A model generated the notes under the pieces. It searched no databases and had not been told where the DNA came from. It was given only the letters and a program-made list of their open reading frames with translations. From a virus (lineage: Duplodnaviria; Caudoviricetes): 61,947 bases of DNA. Each line of letters opens with the position of its first letter. Positions within the stretch are counted from its first letter, which is position 1. The stretch covers positions 1 through 61,947 of IMG/VR virus record IMGVR_UViG_3300033153_001808; one strand, given 5' to 3'. The translations under genes were made by a program, and so were the position numbers. Below, one piece after another: positions 9,005 through 17,303 of the stretch.

Positions 9005-9081
9005 TTGTGGGGATGCTTTGTATCGTGAGGTATAGAGGAGAAGTGGTGTGGTAGACTACATCTTTGATCACATCCCCACAA
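9005..9081 (+). ncRNA. structured RNA array, unit 2
   Basis: ttgtggggatg/catccccacaa 11-bp stem; inner ctttgtatc-GTGA-ggtatagag (GNRA loop) and ggtgtgg-taga-ctacatc hairpins. Confidence 0.65.
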
Positions 9082-9088
9082 TAAATCT

Positions 9089-9186
9089 TGTGCAATTAAC
9101 TGGCTGAGGGTCTACAAGATCTTAGGATGGTTAAATAAGCCGTAGATGTGAGGTAAGGGGACCATTGTAGGCTAGTTAGTTGCACA
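9089..9186 (+). ncRNA. structured RNA array, unit 3
   Basis: tgtgcaattaactggct/ggctagttagttgcaca 17-bp stem whose 3 deviations are all G-U; inner hairpins. Confidence 0.65.
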
Positions 9187-9192
9187 TCTTAA

Positions 9193-9259
9193 TTGTGGCA
9201 GTGTCCCGAACTATCGGATCTAATGTCTTTTGGGGGCGAAAGTATCCGAGCTGCCACAA
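9193..9259 (+). ncRNA. structured RNA array, unit 4
   Basis: ttgtggcag/ctgccacaa stem; inner tcggat/atccga; cccgaa/tttggg crossing (pseudoknot or alternative) pairing. Confidence 0.55.
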
Positions 9260-9284
9260 CAACAACTAACAGGAGGACTTAAAG

Positions 9285-9491
9285 ATGCCTTTATTTGAAG
9301 TAGCTATATTAGAAGAACCAACAAAGAAAGATCGTGAGGAAGAAGGAATTATAGAGAAACTAGTCTTTGGTCCCACAGCAGTAGTGGCCAGGGACTCACA
9401 ATCTGCCGGAATTAGTGCGGTCTTAGACTGTGCCGCAGAGATTCAGGTTGACCGTAGCCGGATGCAGGTATTAGTACGCCCTTTCGGTTAA
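9285..9491 (+). CDS. small hypothetical protein ending in RPF(G); candidate -1 frameshift gene
   Basis: AGGAGG RBS; ends CGC CCT TTC GGT TAA. Confidence 0.8.
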   Translation: MPLFEVAILEEPTKKDREEEGIIEKLVFGPTAVVARDSQSAGISAVLDCAAEIQVDRSRMQVLVRPFG

Positions 9492-9733
9492 AGGAACTAT
9501 CCGATAAGAATAGTGGAACATCAGGTGCAAGTGGGTTAAGTGGTGCGAGTGGTAGTAGTGGATCACAAGGTATTCAGGAGTGGTCTTCTGAGGTTGATTT
9601 CGACAGACAACAAGAACACGAGAGTGCCTCAAACCTATACTACCAACACACTCCAAACACATCAGGGGTGATGACAGTATTAAGTGATCAACCAGTCACA
9701 ACTTACTCAGCAAGTAGTTTAGGTGTTGACTAA
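9482..9733 (+). CDS. start-less -1 frame extension of the 9285 gene (putative frameshift product, about 149 aa in total)
   Basis: Frame open 9458-9733 with no early ATG/GTG; slippery C_CCT_TTC at 9479-9485; encodes FRLKELSDKNSGTSGASGLSGASGSSGSQG...SLGVD. Confidence 0.6.
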   Translation, partial: FRLKELSDKNSGTSGASGLSGASGSSGSQGIQEWSSEVDFDRQQEHESASNLYYQHTPNTSGVMTVLSDQPVTTYSASSLGVD

Positions 9734-9737
9734 TAAA

Positions 9738-9775
9738 GGTATGGTGTATAGAAATGTACACCATACCATTCATTT
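9738..9775 (+). terminator. hairpin with GAAA loop, terminator-like
   Basis: ggtatggtgtata-GAAA-tgtacaccatacc followed by attcattt, right after stop 9733. Confidence 0.55.
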
Positions 9776-9786
9776 AATGAACCGAA
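9764..9786. promoter_or_regulatory. palindromic repeat motif, copy 2
   Basis: taccattcatttaatgaaccgaa before AAGGAG RBS. Confidence 0.7.
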
Positions 9787-9798
9787 GGAGACTACATC

Positions 9799-10152
9799 AT
9801 GTTAGGTATTCTAGGACTATATATCTTATTGACCGGGATTCCGACCACACTCAACCACGAGATCAAGGTGACAGTAACTGCATACTCACCGGATGAACAC
9901 CAGACAGACTCTACACCTCTGCTTACAGCATCACAGAAAAGAGTATCTACTAAGTATGTAGCCCTGAGTAGGGATCTGGAGAGTGAGTATGGATTAAATT
10001 TCGGGGATTCTGTTATCTTGAACGGAGTAGAGTATGAGTTCCAAGACAGGATGAATAAGAAGTGGACTAAGAGAGTAGATAGGTTCTTTTGGAGTCGTGC
10101 AGAAGCACTACAGTTTGGTAAACAAGACGGAGTATTGGAGGTAGTAAGATGA
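9799..10152 (+). CDS. 3D-domain (MltA-like) protein, putative peptidoglycan-acting enzyme with N-terminal hydrophobic anchor
   Basis: VTVTAYS..QTDSTP..TAS..VALSRDL..FGD..QDRM..RVD. Confidence 0.75.
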   Translation: MLGILGLYILLTGIPTTLNHEIKVTVTAYSPDEHQTDSTPLLTASQKRVSTKYVALSRDLESEYGLNFGDSVILNGVEYEFQDRMNKKWTKRVDRFFWSRAEALQFGKQDGVLEVVR

Positions 10153-10313
10153 AAGATATTTTTAGTACTACAAAACTAACATCGGACCAGAAGTTGAGAT
10201 TAATGACACAGGCAATTAATTATGTACATATTCGACTTGGGTATAATGAAAAGCCAGTGTTGTCTGAGGTGTATAAAGAAATGTTTGAACTTATTACGGA
10301 GGACAATAAGTGA
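10149..10313 (+). CDS. hypothetical protein (54 aa)
   Basis: GGAGG RBS, ATGA/GTGA overlaps at both ends; read manually. Confidence 0.55.
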   Translation: MKDIFSTTKLTSDQKLRLMTQAINYVHIRLGYNEKPVLSEVYKEMFELITEDNK

Positions 10314-11560
10314 AACTCCCCATAGCAGACATAAACATAGAACACCGCATAAGAACATTTTTCGATCCAAAGAAACTAGACGAACTAGCAGAATCCATGC
10401 GGACGGTAGGTCTTATAGAACCTGTGGTAGTAGACGAAGACCATAATTTATTGGCAGGTGAGCGTAGGATAAAAGCAGCCCGGTCTTTGGGGTGGACAGA
10501 GATAACTACGGTCTATCTCAAGGACTTGAACCAGTGGCAGAAGAAGATAGTTGAACTGGAGGAGAATCTAAGGAGAGAAGAACTCACCTATGTAGAGGAA
10601 GTCAACGCAAAGGAGAGGATACATGAACTATACCAAGAAAAATACGGAAAGACAGCTCCAACAGGAGGAAGAAAGGGTGGTTGGAAAGTTAAAGATACTG
10701 CTGAACACCTTGGAATCAGCGCGGGAGCAGTTAGTCAAGACCTCCAACTTGCAAGAGCAATTAAACAAGATCCTGAACTTGGTAAACAAAAGACCAAAAT
10801 AGCCGCCAGGAGTATGATGCAAAGGAAGCAGACTATTAAGGCCCGACAACTCATGGTGGTGTTGAGTGCGGTTAAGAAACCTAAACAGGAACAGAAGTCT
10901 TTATTTCCCGCGCCTGTGGATTCCATACAACTCCTACATGGAAAAGCAGAGGTCATAATACCAACCTTAGCAGACAACTCCATAGACTGCCTAATAACAG
11001 ACCCGCCTTGGCAAGTAGAGTATGACAAAGAATTTGGGTCAGATCCACAAGCTGGTCTTGTCTTGACACAGAAAGTCCTGGCACTTCTATACCCTAAGCT
11101 AAAATCCGGGTCTCTATGTTGGATGTTCTGTGCTACCAAACACCTCATGAAGGGTACTATATATGAACTTGTCATGTCATGTGGGTATAGAATATTCGAA
11201 CAGGTTCTTATCTGGTACAAGCCTCATGTAGCACATAGCTCACATCCATATAGGGAGTTGAAGAATGACTATGAACCGGCACTATTCTTCTCAAAGGACG
11301 AACCTCGTGACTTAATAAAACCTATGTTCGCAGTTCAGGAAGCTAAGTTGATTGGGCAGAAGCTACATCCCGCACAGAAACCTACAGAAGTACTACAGAC
11401 TTTGATCTATAATTCTACTGTAGAAGGGGAGACTGTATGCGATCCATTTATGGGAAGTGGGAGTGTGTGTCAAGCGGCAAAAAAGACGGGCCGTAAAGCT
11501 ATAGGTATTGAGAAGGAACAGGAGTGGTATGATCTTGCGGTTGGAACTGTTGGAGTATAG
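10310..11560 (+). CDS. ParB/Srx-like N-terminal domain fused to beta-class N6/N4 DNA methyltransferase
   Basis: LAESM..VGLIEPVVV..AGERRIKA..EEN..R; ITDPPW, HPAQKP, DPFMGSGS. Confidence 0.9.
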   Translation: MKLPIADINIEHRIRTFFDPKKLDELAESMRTVGLIEPVVVDEDHNLLAGERRIKAARSLGWTEITTVYLKDLNQWQKKIVELEENLRREELTYVEEVNAKERIHELYQEKYGKTAPTGGRKGGWKVKDTAEHLGISAGAVSQDLQLARAIKQDPELGKQKTKIAARSMMQRKQTIKARQLMVVLSAVKKPKQEQKSLFPAPVDSIQLLHGKAEVIIPTLADNSIDCLITDPPWQVEYDKEFGSDPQAGLVLTQKVLALLYPKLKSGSLCWMFCATKHLMKGTIYELVMSCGYRIFEQVLIWYKPHVAHSSHPYRELKNDYEPALFFSKDEPRDLIKPMFAVQEAKLIGQKLHPAQKPTEVLQTLIYNSTVEGETVCDPFMGSGSVCQAAKKTGRKAIGIEKEQEWYDLAVGTVGV

Positions 11561-11568
11561 GGGGGGAG

Positions 11569-11790
11569 ATGGTAAAATGTAAAAAATGCGGGACCTATTA
11601 TAAAGTGAGTTGCCATGTCTGTTATCCTGACCCACCAACAGTTGAGACAGAGGATATATTGGCCCTAATATACAGTAGGTCTGACATTCATGGTCGAACT
11701 GTTATCGCAACACTATGTGACGAAATATTTGATCGGTCTGGTGCATTATTGGGGCGTATCCGTGAACTGTCCCAGGAGGTGATCGAATGA
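11569..11790 (+). CDS. small zinc-finger protein
   Basis: CKKC...CHVC. Confidence 0.6.
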   Translation: MVKCKKCGTYYKVSCHVCYPDPPTVETEDILALIYSRSDIHGRTVIATLCDEIFDRSGALLGRIRELSQEVIE

Positions 11791-12008
11791 AACGCATAAT
11801 AAGAACGCTAATATGGGACATAGAAGAATGCTGTGGTTGCCCTGAAATGAAGGAAAATTATTGTGTTATAGCTGAAAATGAATGTCCTTATGAGGGGTTG
11901 CCTGAATGGTGTCCATTAGAAGATGCCCCGGATATCGAGGCACCCTGTGGCGAAGACAAGAACTGCTCATCATGCCCTAAACACGGGAAGTGCGAATGGG
12001 TGAAATGA
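11787..12008 (+). CDS. Cys-rich hypothetical protein
   Basis: AGGAGG RBS; CCGC..C..C..PEWCPL. Confidence 0.65.
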   Translation: MKRIIRTLIWDIEECCGCPEMKENYCVIAENECPYEGLPEWCPLEDAPDIEAPCGEDKNCSSCPKHGKCEWVK

Positions 12009-12361
12009 AAAAATCGGCACTCTTACTCCTACTCCCTTTCCTGTGTGCATGTTCCACCGCACACAAATGGACCAAAACAGATAAGATACTAGAAACCTCT
12101 TATCTTGTCTTGCATACAGTAGATTGGTTGCAGACCAGAAATGCAGACTGGGATAGGTTTTATGAACGGAATCCTATTCTTGGTAAGAAACCGAGTACAA
12201 GTGAGGTAGATCTATACTTCTTACTGACCGTCCTTTTGCACCCGTTGGTTACACATATTATTCCACAGAAGTATAGACTATACTGGCTCATACCCACCAT
12301 AGGTATGCAAGTTATTGTAGTAGGAAACAATTTCCGTATAGGTATGGGGATTAATTTTTAA
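12005..12361 (+). CDS. putative lipoprotein/membrane protein
   Basis: MKK+hydrophobic+LCAC lipobox-like; DWLQT..YERNPILG; further TM segments. Confidence 0.65.
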   Translation: MKKSALLLLLPFLCACSTAHKWTKTDKILETSYLVLHTVDWLQTRNADWDRFYERNPILGKKPSTSEVDLYFLLTVLLHPLVTHIIPQKYRLYWLIPTIGMQVIVVGNNFRIGMGINF

Positions 12362-12379
12362 TAACAGGAGGACTAAAGA

Positions 12380-12622
12380 ATGACAACATTACCATGTGAA
12401 GGAACTTATGATGGATATGAAAATAGTTTATATCCAAGAGGCTCCAAGTCCCGGGCTTTGTTGGAGGACGAGTGGGACATGGACGCAGAAATGGATGCAG
12501 CAGAAGCAGCACTTGAATCGTATGCAGACAGACTGCATGATGAGATCCAGTGTGGGGATATTACAGAAGGACAGGCAAAGAGTAGATTTGCGAGAGCAAG
12601 GAAGAAGTCTTGTAGGAGGTAG
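12380..12622 (+). CDS. hypothetical acidic protein
   Basis: AGGAGG RBS. Confidence 0.6.
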   Translation: MTTLPCEGTYDGYENSLYPRGSKSRALLEDEWDMDAEMDAAEAALESYADRLHDEIQCGDITEGQAKSRFARARKKSCRR

Positions 12623-12627
12623 AGAAA

Positions 12628-12849
12628 ATGAAAAGGTACATAACACTTTTTCGTCTTGTTGAGACACACGATCCTTATGGCTCTAAACTAACTCTAACTT
12701 ATATAGACGAAGCAGGAAAATTAACCAAACCTCAATACAAACGTATTAAACATAAAACATATCAGAATGTTTGGAGACTCGATGGTAGATCTATTAGGTA
12801 CATGAAGCACGTAAGATTAGTAGAAAATGAGATTCCGTATATTATATAA
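12628..12849 (+). CDS. hypothetical protein
   Basis: AGGAGG RBS. Confidence 0.6.
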   Translation: MKRYITLFRLVETHDPYGSKLTLTYIDEAGKLTKPQYKRIKHKTYQNVWRLDGRSIRYMKHVRLVENEIPYII

Positions 12850-12869
12850 ACCTTAACAGGAGACACAAG

Positions 12870-13073
12870 ATGAAAAAACACATTAGACTAACCATAGACG
12901 AGAAACTATACAAACGTCTCACAACCCTCTGCACCCATCACGGAGAACAGACACATTTAATCCGTGAAGGTATTAAGATGATTGTGAGGTTTAAGGAGAA
13001 CCAGAGAAAGGAGGCTTTGGATTATGTCGACAGACAACTCAACTCAGGAGGCACGACCACAACAATTAGCTGA
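12870..13073 (+). CDS. ribbon-helix-helix (CopG/Arc-like) DNA-binding protein
   Basis: KHIRLTIDEKLYKRL...LIREGIKMIV strand-helix-helix pattern. Confidence 0.6.
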   Translation: MKKHIRLTIDEKLYKRLTTLCTHHGEQTHLIREGIKMIVRFKENQRKEALDYVDRQLNSGGTTTTIS

Positions 13074-13293
13074 CCATCATTGGGAGTTTGTAAGTAAACT
13101 AATTAGTTTATGTCAAGGATACCATGACCATAGTCAGCTATTATTAACTTGGGTTTACAAGGAGGCTTTTTTACATGGGTATAAACATGGATGTGAAGAC
13201 AGTATTAACTCCGCAGGAGTTGGCAGCGTTTTCCGAGCTAGACCAGAAGTGCACTCAAGCCAATCTGGTCCTCCCGAAGGGACTTACCCATAA
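13024..13293 (+). CDS. hypothetical protein (overlaps polymerase start)
   Basis: AAGGAGG RBS; 'LADHHWEFV...YKEAFLHGYKHG'. Confidence 0.55.
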   Translation: MSTDNSTQEARPQQLADHHWEFVSKLISLCQGYHDHSQLLLTWVYKEAFLHGYKHGCEDSINSAGVGSVFRARPEVHSSQSGPPEGTYP

Positions 13294-16200
13294 TGCACTT
13301 TGTATAGTAGGTGAGAGTCTAGGCTCCGAAGAGAACTTGAATGGCGAATACTTCATAGGCAAGGCCGGTAAACTACTAGACAAGCTCCTAAAAGAGGCCG
13401 GGATTATACGTTCAGCCTCACACATCACGAACGTAATCAAGGTCCAGCCACCAGGAAATAAGGTCGAGAGACTTCATGAGATAGGTCTATCTATACAGGA
13501 CTTCATACCTTATCTTAAGGAGGAGTTAGACACCATAAAACCCAAAGCTATACTAGCAGTGGGTCGTCATGCACTAGAGGCTCTCACCTCAGAACACGGT
13601 ATAACTAAATGGCGTGGATCTGTTCTGGAGTGTAGTTTAACTGAAAATCCGGTCAGTGTTCTACCTACCTTACATCCCTCATACCTACAACGTGGAATGA
13701 TGCACCTCTACCCCTATGTGCGTCATGATATGCAAAACTTTGCAAGACTAGGATTCGGAATCTACAAACCAGAAGACCCCTATGAACAGATCATAAACCC
13801 GTCTCTTACACAGTGTCTTGACTTCCTGTCAGACATAGCTAACACTGCAACCGAGACCTGCTTCGATATAGAAACAGTAGCTCACCAAAGAATTACCTGC
13901 ATCGGGTGGACTAATGGACCACACAAAGCAATATGTATACCTTTTAGGCACAATGGTCTCAAGTTAAGATGGGCAGAACACGAACAAATCATGCTATTGG
14001 ATGCCATGAAACAGATCTACCAGAAACCCAGGCTTTTGAAGATAGGCCAGAATATACATTATGATATACACTTCCTCTTACCTCTACTGGGTTTCCCGCG
14101 TGAACCTATATTTGACACACGATACGCTCACACCCTTCTTCATGCAGACGCCAAGCATGATCTAGGGTTTCTGACCTCTGTCTATACCAACATGAACTAC
14201 CACAAAGATGAAGCAAAAGATTGGGCTTCAAAAAAAGTACCCAAAGACGAAACCCTATGGGGTTATAATATAAAAGATGTGATCACGACCCACCGTGTCG
14301 CACAGGCTATTACTAAAGACCTCAAAGAAGCTAATCAGTATGACTTCTTCACAGGCTTCATGATGCCGTTTAGACGTGTTATATTCGACATGGAAGCACA
14401 TGGTATAAACGTGGACATGGATCTGATGAAAGAACTCCGGGACTATATACAAGAAGACGAGCTTCCTATTGCGTTGGATATAATCCACAAAATGACCGGT
14501 CGTGAGATGAATCCAAACTCCTCTAAACAGGTCGGAGAGTATCTAGCAGAAGAACTTCATCTACCTATACCACGAACCGCAAAGGGTAACTATACTGTAA
14601 AAGAAGAAATCTTAGAGGCTCTAGTTGCCCGGCATCCAAAGCATAGACAACTACTAAAGCAGATCTTGTGTGCGCGGGTCCTCAAGGCCAAAGACCTAGG
14701 AACCTATCTGACCGCTGTGGTGTCTAAGGACAACCACATGAAGTGTTCCTATGGTATGACTATTACAGGTCGTCTGACATCATCTACTAACCAAATAGAC
14801 GAAGGCACTAACTTACAGAACATACCTAAACATCTACGGCAGATCTTCATACCAGAACCAGATCAGGTCTTTGTAGATGCAGACCTATCACAAGCAGAAG
14901 CAAGAGTCATGGCGTGGCTTATGAAGTCAGACAAACTAAAAGAAGTATTCCACAGTGGACACAAGATCCACAAAATAGTAGGAGGATGGATATATGACAA
15001 AGACCCAGAGGATCTTACACCTACAGAGTATCTTATTGCGAAAAAAACAGTGCATGGTTGTGTAGATGAGAAAACCCAAGTCTTAACCTTAACTGGATGG
15101 AAGTATATCAATGAACCCTTCTTAGGTCAGATAGCACAATGGGACCCCAAAACAAAGGAAATTACGTTCGTCTATCCACACAATCTAGAGCCAATACCCT
15201 ATAAGGGTATAATGTACCGTCACACACAAGGATACTTCGATCAAATGGTAACCCCAACTCATCGTATGCCGCATTGGCAGGTACGATATGGTAGAAAGAG
15301 AAAACACGTAGATGGACCAGTGCGAGACATAGAAGCACAGAAGTTTACAAACAGACGTAATTCGTACAAACTACCTCTAGCTGGAGTATATTCTAGTTCC
15401 ACACCTAAACTAAATCCAAATGAAATGAGCTTATTAGTTGCTATTCAAGCAGACTGTTCCGTACGAAGGTCAGGGGAGGTTGAGGCCAACTTTACAAAAG
15501 GCTACAAAATAGCTAGATTAAAATATCTACTGAAACAATTAAGAATAGACTATACTGAGTATCCCTATAAAGATACTGGTTCTAGCTTCTACATACCAAA
15601 ACAATGGAAGGTAGTAGCACTATTAAATTGTTTTGAGAAACATAAAACGTTCAGTTTCGATGCAATATTAAATAACACTCCTAAAGTCTTGGATACATTT
15701 ATAAGAGAATTAGGTTTTTGGGACGGTAGAGTTAACAAAGAACAGGATGGAACAATAAACTCTTGGCAGTATTATACTACAAACGCACAAAACGCAGAAG
15801 TAGCTGCAACAATAGCACACCTAACAAACAAACGTGCTGTTGTGAGTATGCGTGAGAATTGGTGGGAGGAAAAAAGAACCAAAGATCTTTACACTGTGAG
15901 TATTTCATGCTACCCTTTAGGGGATCTAACAGAAATGAAAACAGAGATAATAAAAGACTTTGGTGGTGTTGTTTATTGTCCTACGGTGATGTCTTCTTAT
16001 TTTCTTATACGTCGTAATGGTCATATATCAATAACAGGAAACTCAAATTACCAAATGGGAGAACGTAAATTTGCGACAATTATCGAACGACCAGTTGCGG
16101 ACGCTAGAGAGATCATGCGTAAGTATTCTAAGATCGTACCGGAACTACCTCAGTATCATAAAGACATTCAAAGAGAAATAGAAACGACTAGAAAACTGGT

Positions 16201-16528
16201 AACCATGTATGGCAGGACGAGGATCTTCACAGGTCGGTTAGACGACTCGACCTTTAAAAGTGGCTATGCACAACTACCACAGAGTACAGTAGTAGATACA
16301 ATAAATCTCGGGATTCTTGGTCTATGGTGCATAACTCCTAGAAGTGTGCATTTCATAACCCAGACACATGATAGTATCTTACTCTCTATAGATCCCAATA
16401 AGGTAGAGTATTGGAATAAGTATATAAAAGCCCATCTTGAAACATTGAGAGAGTTGGAGATAAATGGCGATAGTCTTGTAATTCCACTGGATATTGAACC
16501 CCCTAAAGATAACTGGTACGGTGCTTAA
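13175..16528 (+). CDS. polA: DNA polymerase A with N-terminal uracil-DNA-glycosylase-like domain, 3'-5' exonuclease and intein
   Basis: UDG: VGESLG..F.GKAG..ITNVIK..LHPSY; exonuclease FDIET, GQNIHYD, YNIKD; polymerase TGRLTS..NLQNIP, DLSQAE, AKKTVHG/SNY, THDS. Confidence 0.92.
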   Translation: MGINMDVKTVLTPQELAAFSELDQKCTQANLVLPKGLTHNALCIVGESLGSEENLNGEYFIGKAGKLLDKLLKEAGIIRSASHITNVIKVQPPGNKVERLHEIGLSIQDFIPYLKEELDTIKPKAILAVGRHALEALTSEHGITKWRGSVLECSLTENPVSVLPTLHPSYLQRGMMHLYPYVRHDMQNFARLGFGIYKPEDPYEQIINPSLTQCLDFLSDIANTATETCFDIETVAHQRITCIGWTNGPHKAICIPFRHNGLKLRWAEHEQIMLLDAMKQIYQKPRLLKIGQNIHYDIHFLLPLLGFPREPIFDTRYAHTLLHADAKHDLGFLTSVYTNMNYHKDEAKDWASKKVPKDETLWGYNIKDVITTHRVAQAITKDLKEANQYDFFTGFMMPFRRVIFDMEAHGINVDMDLMKELRDYIQEDELPIALDIIHKMTGREMNPNSSKQVGEYLAEELHLPIPRTAKGNYTVKEEILEALVARHPKHRQLLKQILCARVLKAKDLGTYLTAVVSKDNHMKCSYGMTITGRLTSSTNQIDEGTNLQNIPKHLRQIFIPEPDQVFVDADLSQAEARVMAWLMKSDKLKEVFHSGHKIHKIVGGWIYDKDPEDLTPTEYLIAKKTVHGCVDEKTQVLTLTGWKYINEPFLGQIAQWDPKTKEITFVYPHNLEPIPYKGIMYRHTQGYFDQMVTPTHRMPHWQVRYGRKRKHVDGPVRDIEAQKFTNRRNSYKLPLAGVYSSSTPKLNPNEMSLLVAIQADCSVRRSGEVEANFTKGYKIARLKYLLKQLRIDYTEYPYKDTGSSFYIPKQWKVVALLNCFEKHKTFSFDAILNNTPKVLDTFIRELGFWDGRVNKEQDGTINSWQYYTTNAQNAEVAATIAHLTNKRAVVSMRENWWEEKRTKDLYTVSISCYPLGDLTEMKTEIIKDFGGVVYCPTVMSSYFLIRRNGHISITGNSNYQMGERKFATIIERPVADAREIMRKYSKIVPELPQYHKDIQREIETTRKLVTMYGRTRIFTGRLDDSTFKSGYAQLPQSTVVDTINLGILGLWCITPRSVHFITQTHDSILLSIDPNKVEYWNKYIKAHLETLRELEINGDSLVIPLDIEPPKDNWYGA
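15059..16042 (+). mobile_element. intein with LAGLIDADG-type endonuclease (328 aa) in polymerase motif B
   Basis: N-terminal CVDEKTQVLTLTGW, block B VTPTHRM, LLVAIQAD / FIRELGFWDG, C-terminal VYCPTV..FLIRRNG..ITGN followed by Ser+1. Confidence 0.9.
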
Positions 16529-16839
16529 TGTACAACACAACCTATAAATGCAAGTTCTGCCATGAGACATTCACCGGCCACCAAGGTAGGATTGTGTGTA
16601 GTGGAGAAGACTGTATAACAAAACGCAAGGCAGAACTAAGAAAGAACGCACAGGGTATTAGTAAAAAGGCCCGCAGTAAGGCTAAGATAAAAAAGAAACT
16701 GACCAAAAACACCAAGAAATGCGTCCGCTGTGGGAAACCTAAAGGAATTAATAGGTGGTATTGTTCTAGGTGTTTGAAATATCTAAGCAGACTTTATGGA
16801 GATTTAGAGCTTTATAGTGTTAGTGTTGGTAGACATTAA
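16528..16839 (+). CDS. zinc-finger protein
   Basis: CKFC, CSGEDC, CVRC, CSRC. Confidence 0.65.
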   Translation: MYNTTYKCKFCHETFTGHQGRIVCSGEDCITKRKAELRKNAQGISKKARSKAKIKKKLTKNTKKCVRCGKPKGINRWYCSRCLKYLSRLYGDLELYSVSVGRH

Positions 16840-16851
16840 AAGGAGAGTAAA

Positions 16852-17133
16852 ATGAGCAGATACAACATCCCACAAGATCAAATAGATTCTATGAACATAG
16901 ACACTGTATCTAACCTACTCAACACTATACAGAATGAGATGTGCGAACTTGCTGGATTGGAGTATAATCTATATGCCAGAAGACGGGAGCTAGAAAAGAT
17001 CCTACATCCAGAGCTATTTGTAGACCAGGAACCCAGCCCAGAATCAGAGGTTAAAAAACTCACCTCAAATCAACTAAAGAATTTACTTAAAGTTGCACTA
17101 GAAAGAGGCATAAACCTTAAGGATCTTGTATAG
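16852..17133 (+). CDS. hypothetical coiled-coil protein
   Basis: AAGGAG RBS. Confidence 0.7.
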   Translation: MSRYNIPQDQIDSMNIDTVSNLLNTIQNEMCELAGLEYNLYARRRELEKILHPELFVDQEPSPESEVKKLTSNQLKNLLKVALERGINLKDLV

Positions 17134-17147
17134 GAGGAGACCAAAGC

Positions 17148-17303
17148 ATGAAAGTCAAAGACCCGAATTTTACTTGTGGAGACTGCAAAAAGGAATGGAC
17201 TTTATGGGGAACAGTAGACATAGAAGAACTCAATAAAGACTACCCGCATTGTCCTTGGTGCGGGAAAGTACTAAATATAATCCAAGAGGAGACTGACTCA
17301 TGA
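17148..17303 (+). CDS. small zinc-ribbon protein (51 aa)
   Basis: AGGAGG RBS; CGDC...CPWC; read manually. Confidence 0.6.
   Translation: MKVKDPNFTCGDCKKEWTLWGTVDIEELNKDYPHCPWCGKVLNIIQEETDS

Noticed and set aside
9009-9081. tRNA-like GGGGATG...CATCCCCA ends in array unit 2
   Set aside because: No TTC T-loop, D-loop or 7-nt anticodon loop, so it is not a canonical tRNA.
8673-9662. Minus-strand ORFs 8673..8972, 8836..9081 and 9471..9662
   Set aside because: They are antisense to a consistently + strand region, lack clear RBSs and have no recognisable motifs.
439-17133. Similar C-terminal helices in the ORFs at 439, 8625 and 16852
   Set aside because: The similarity is short and low in complexity, so homology cannot be supported by eye.
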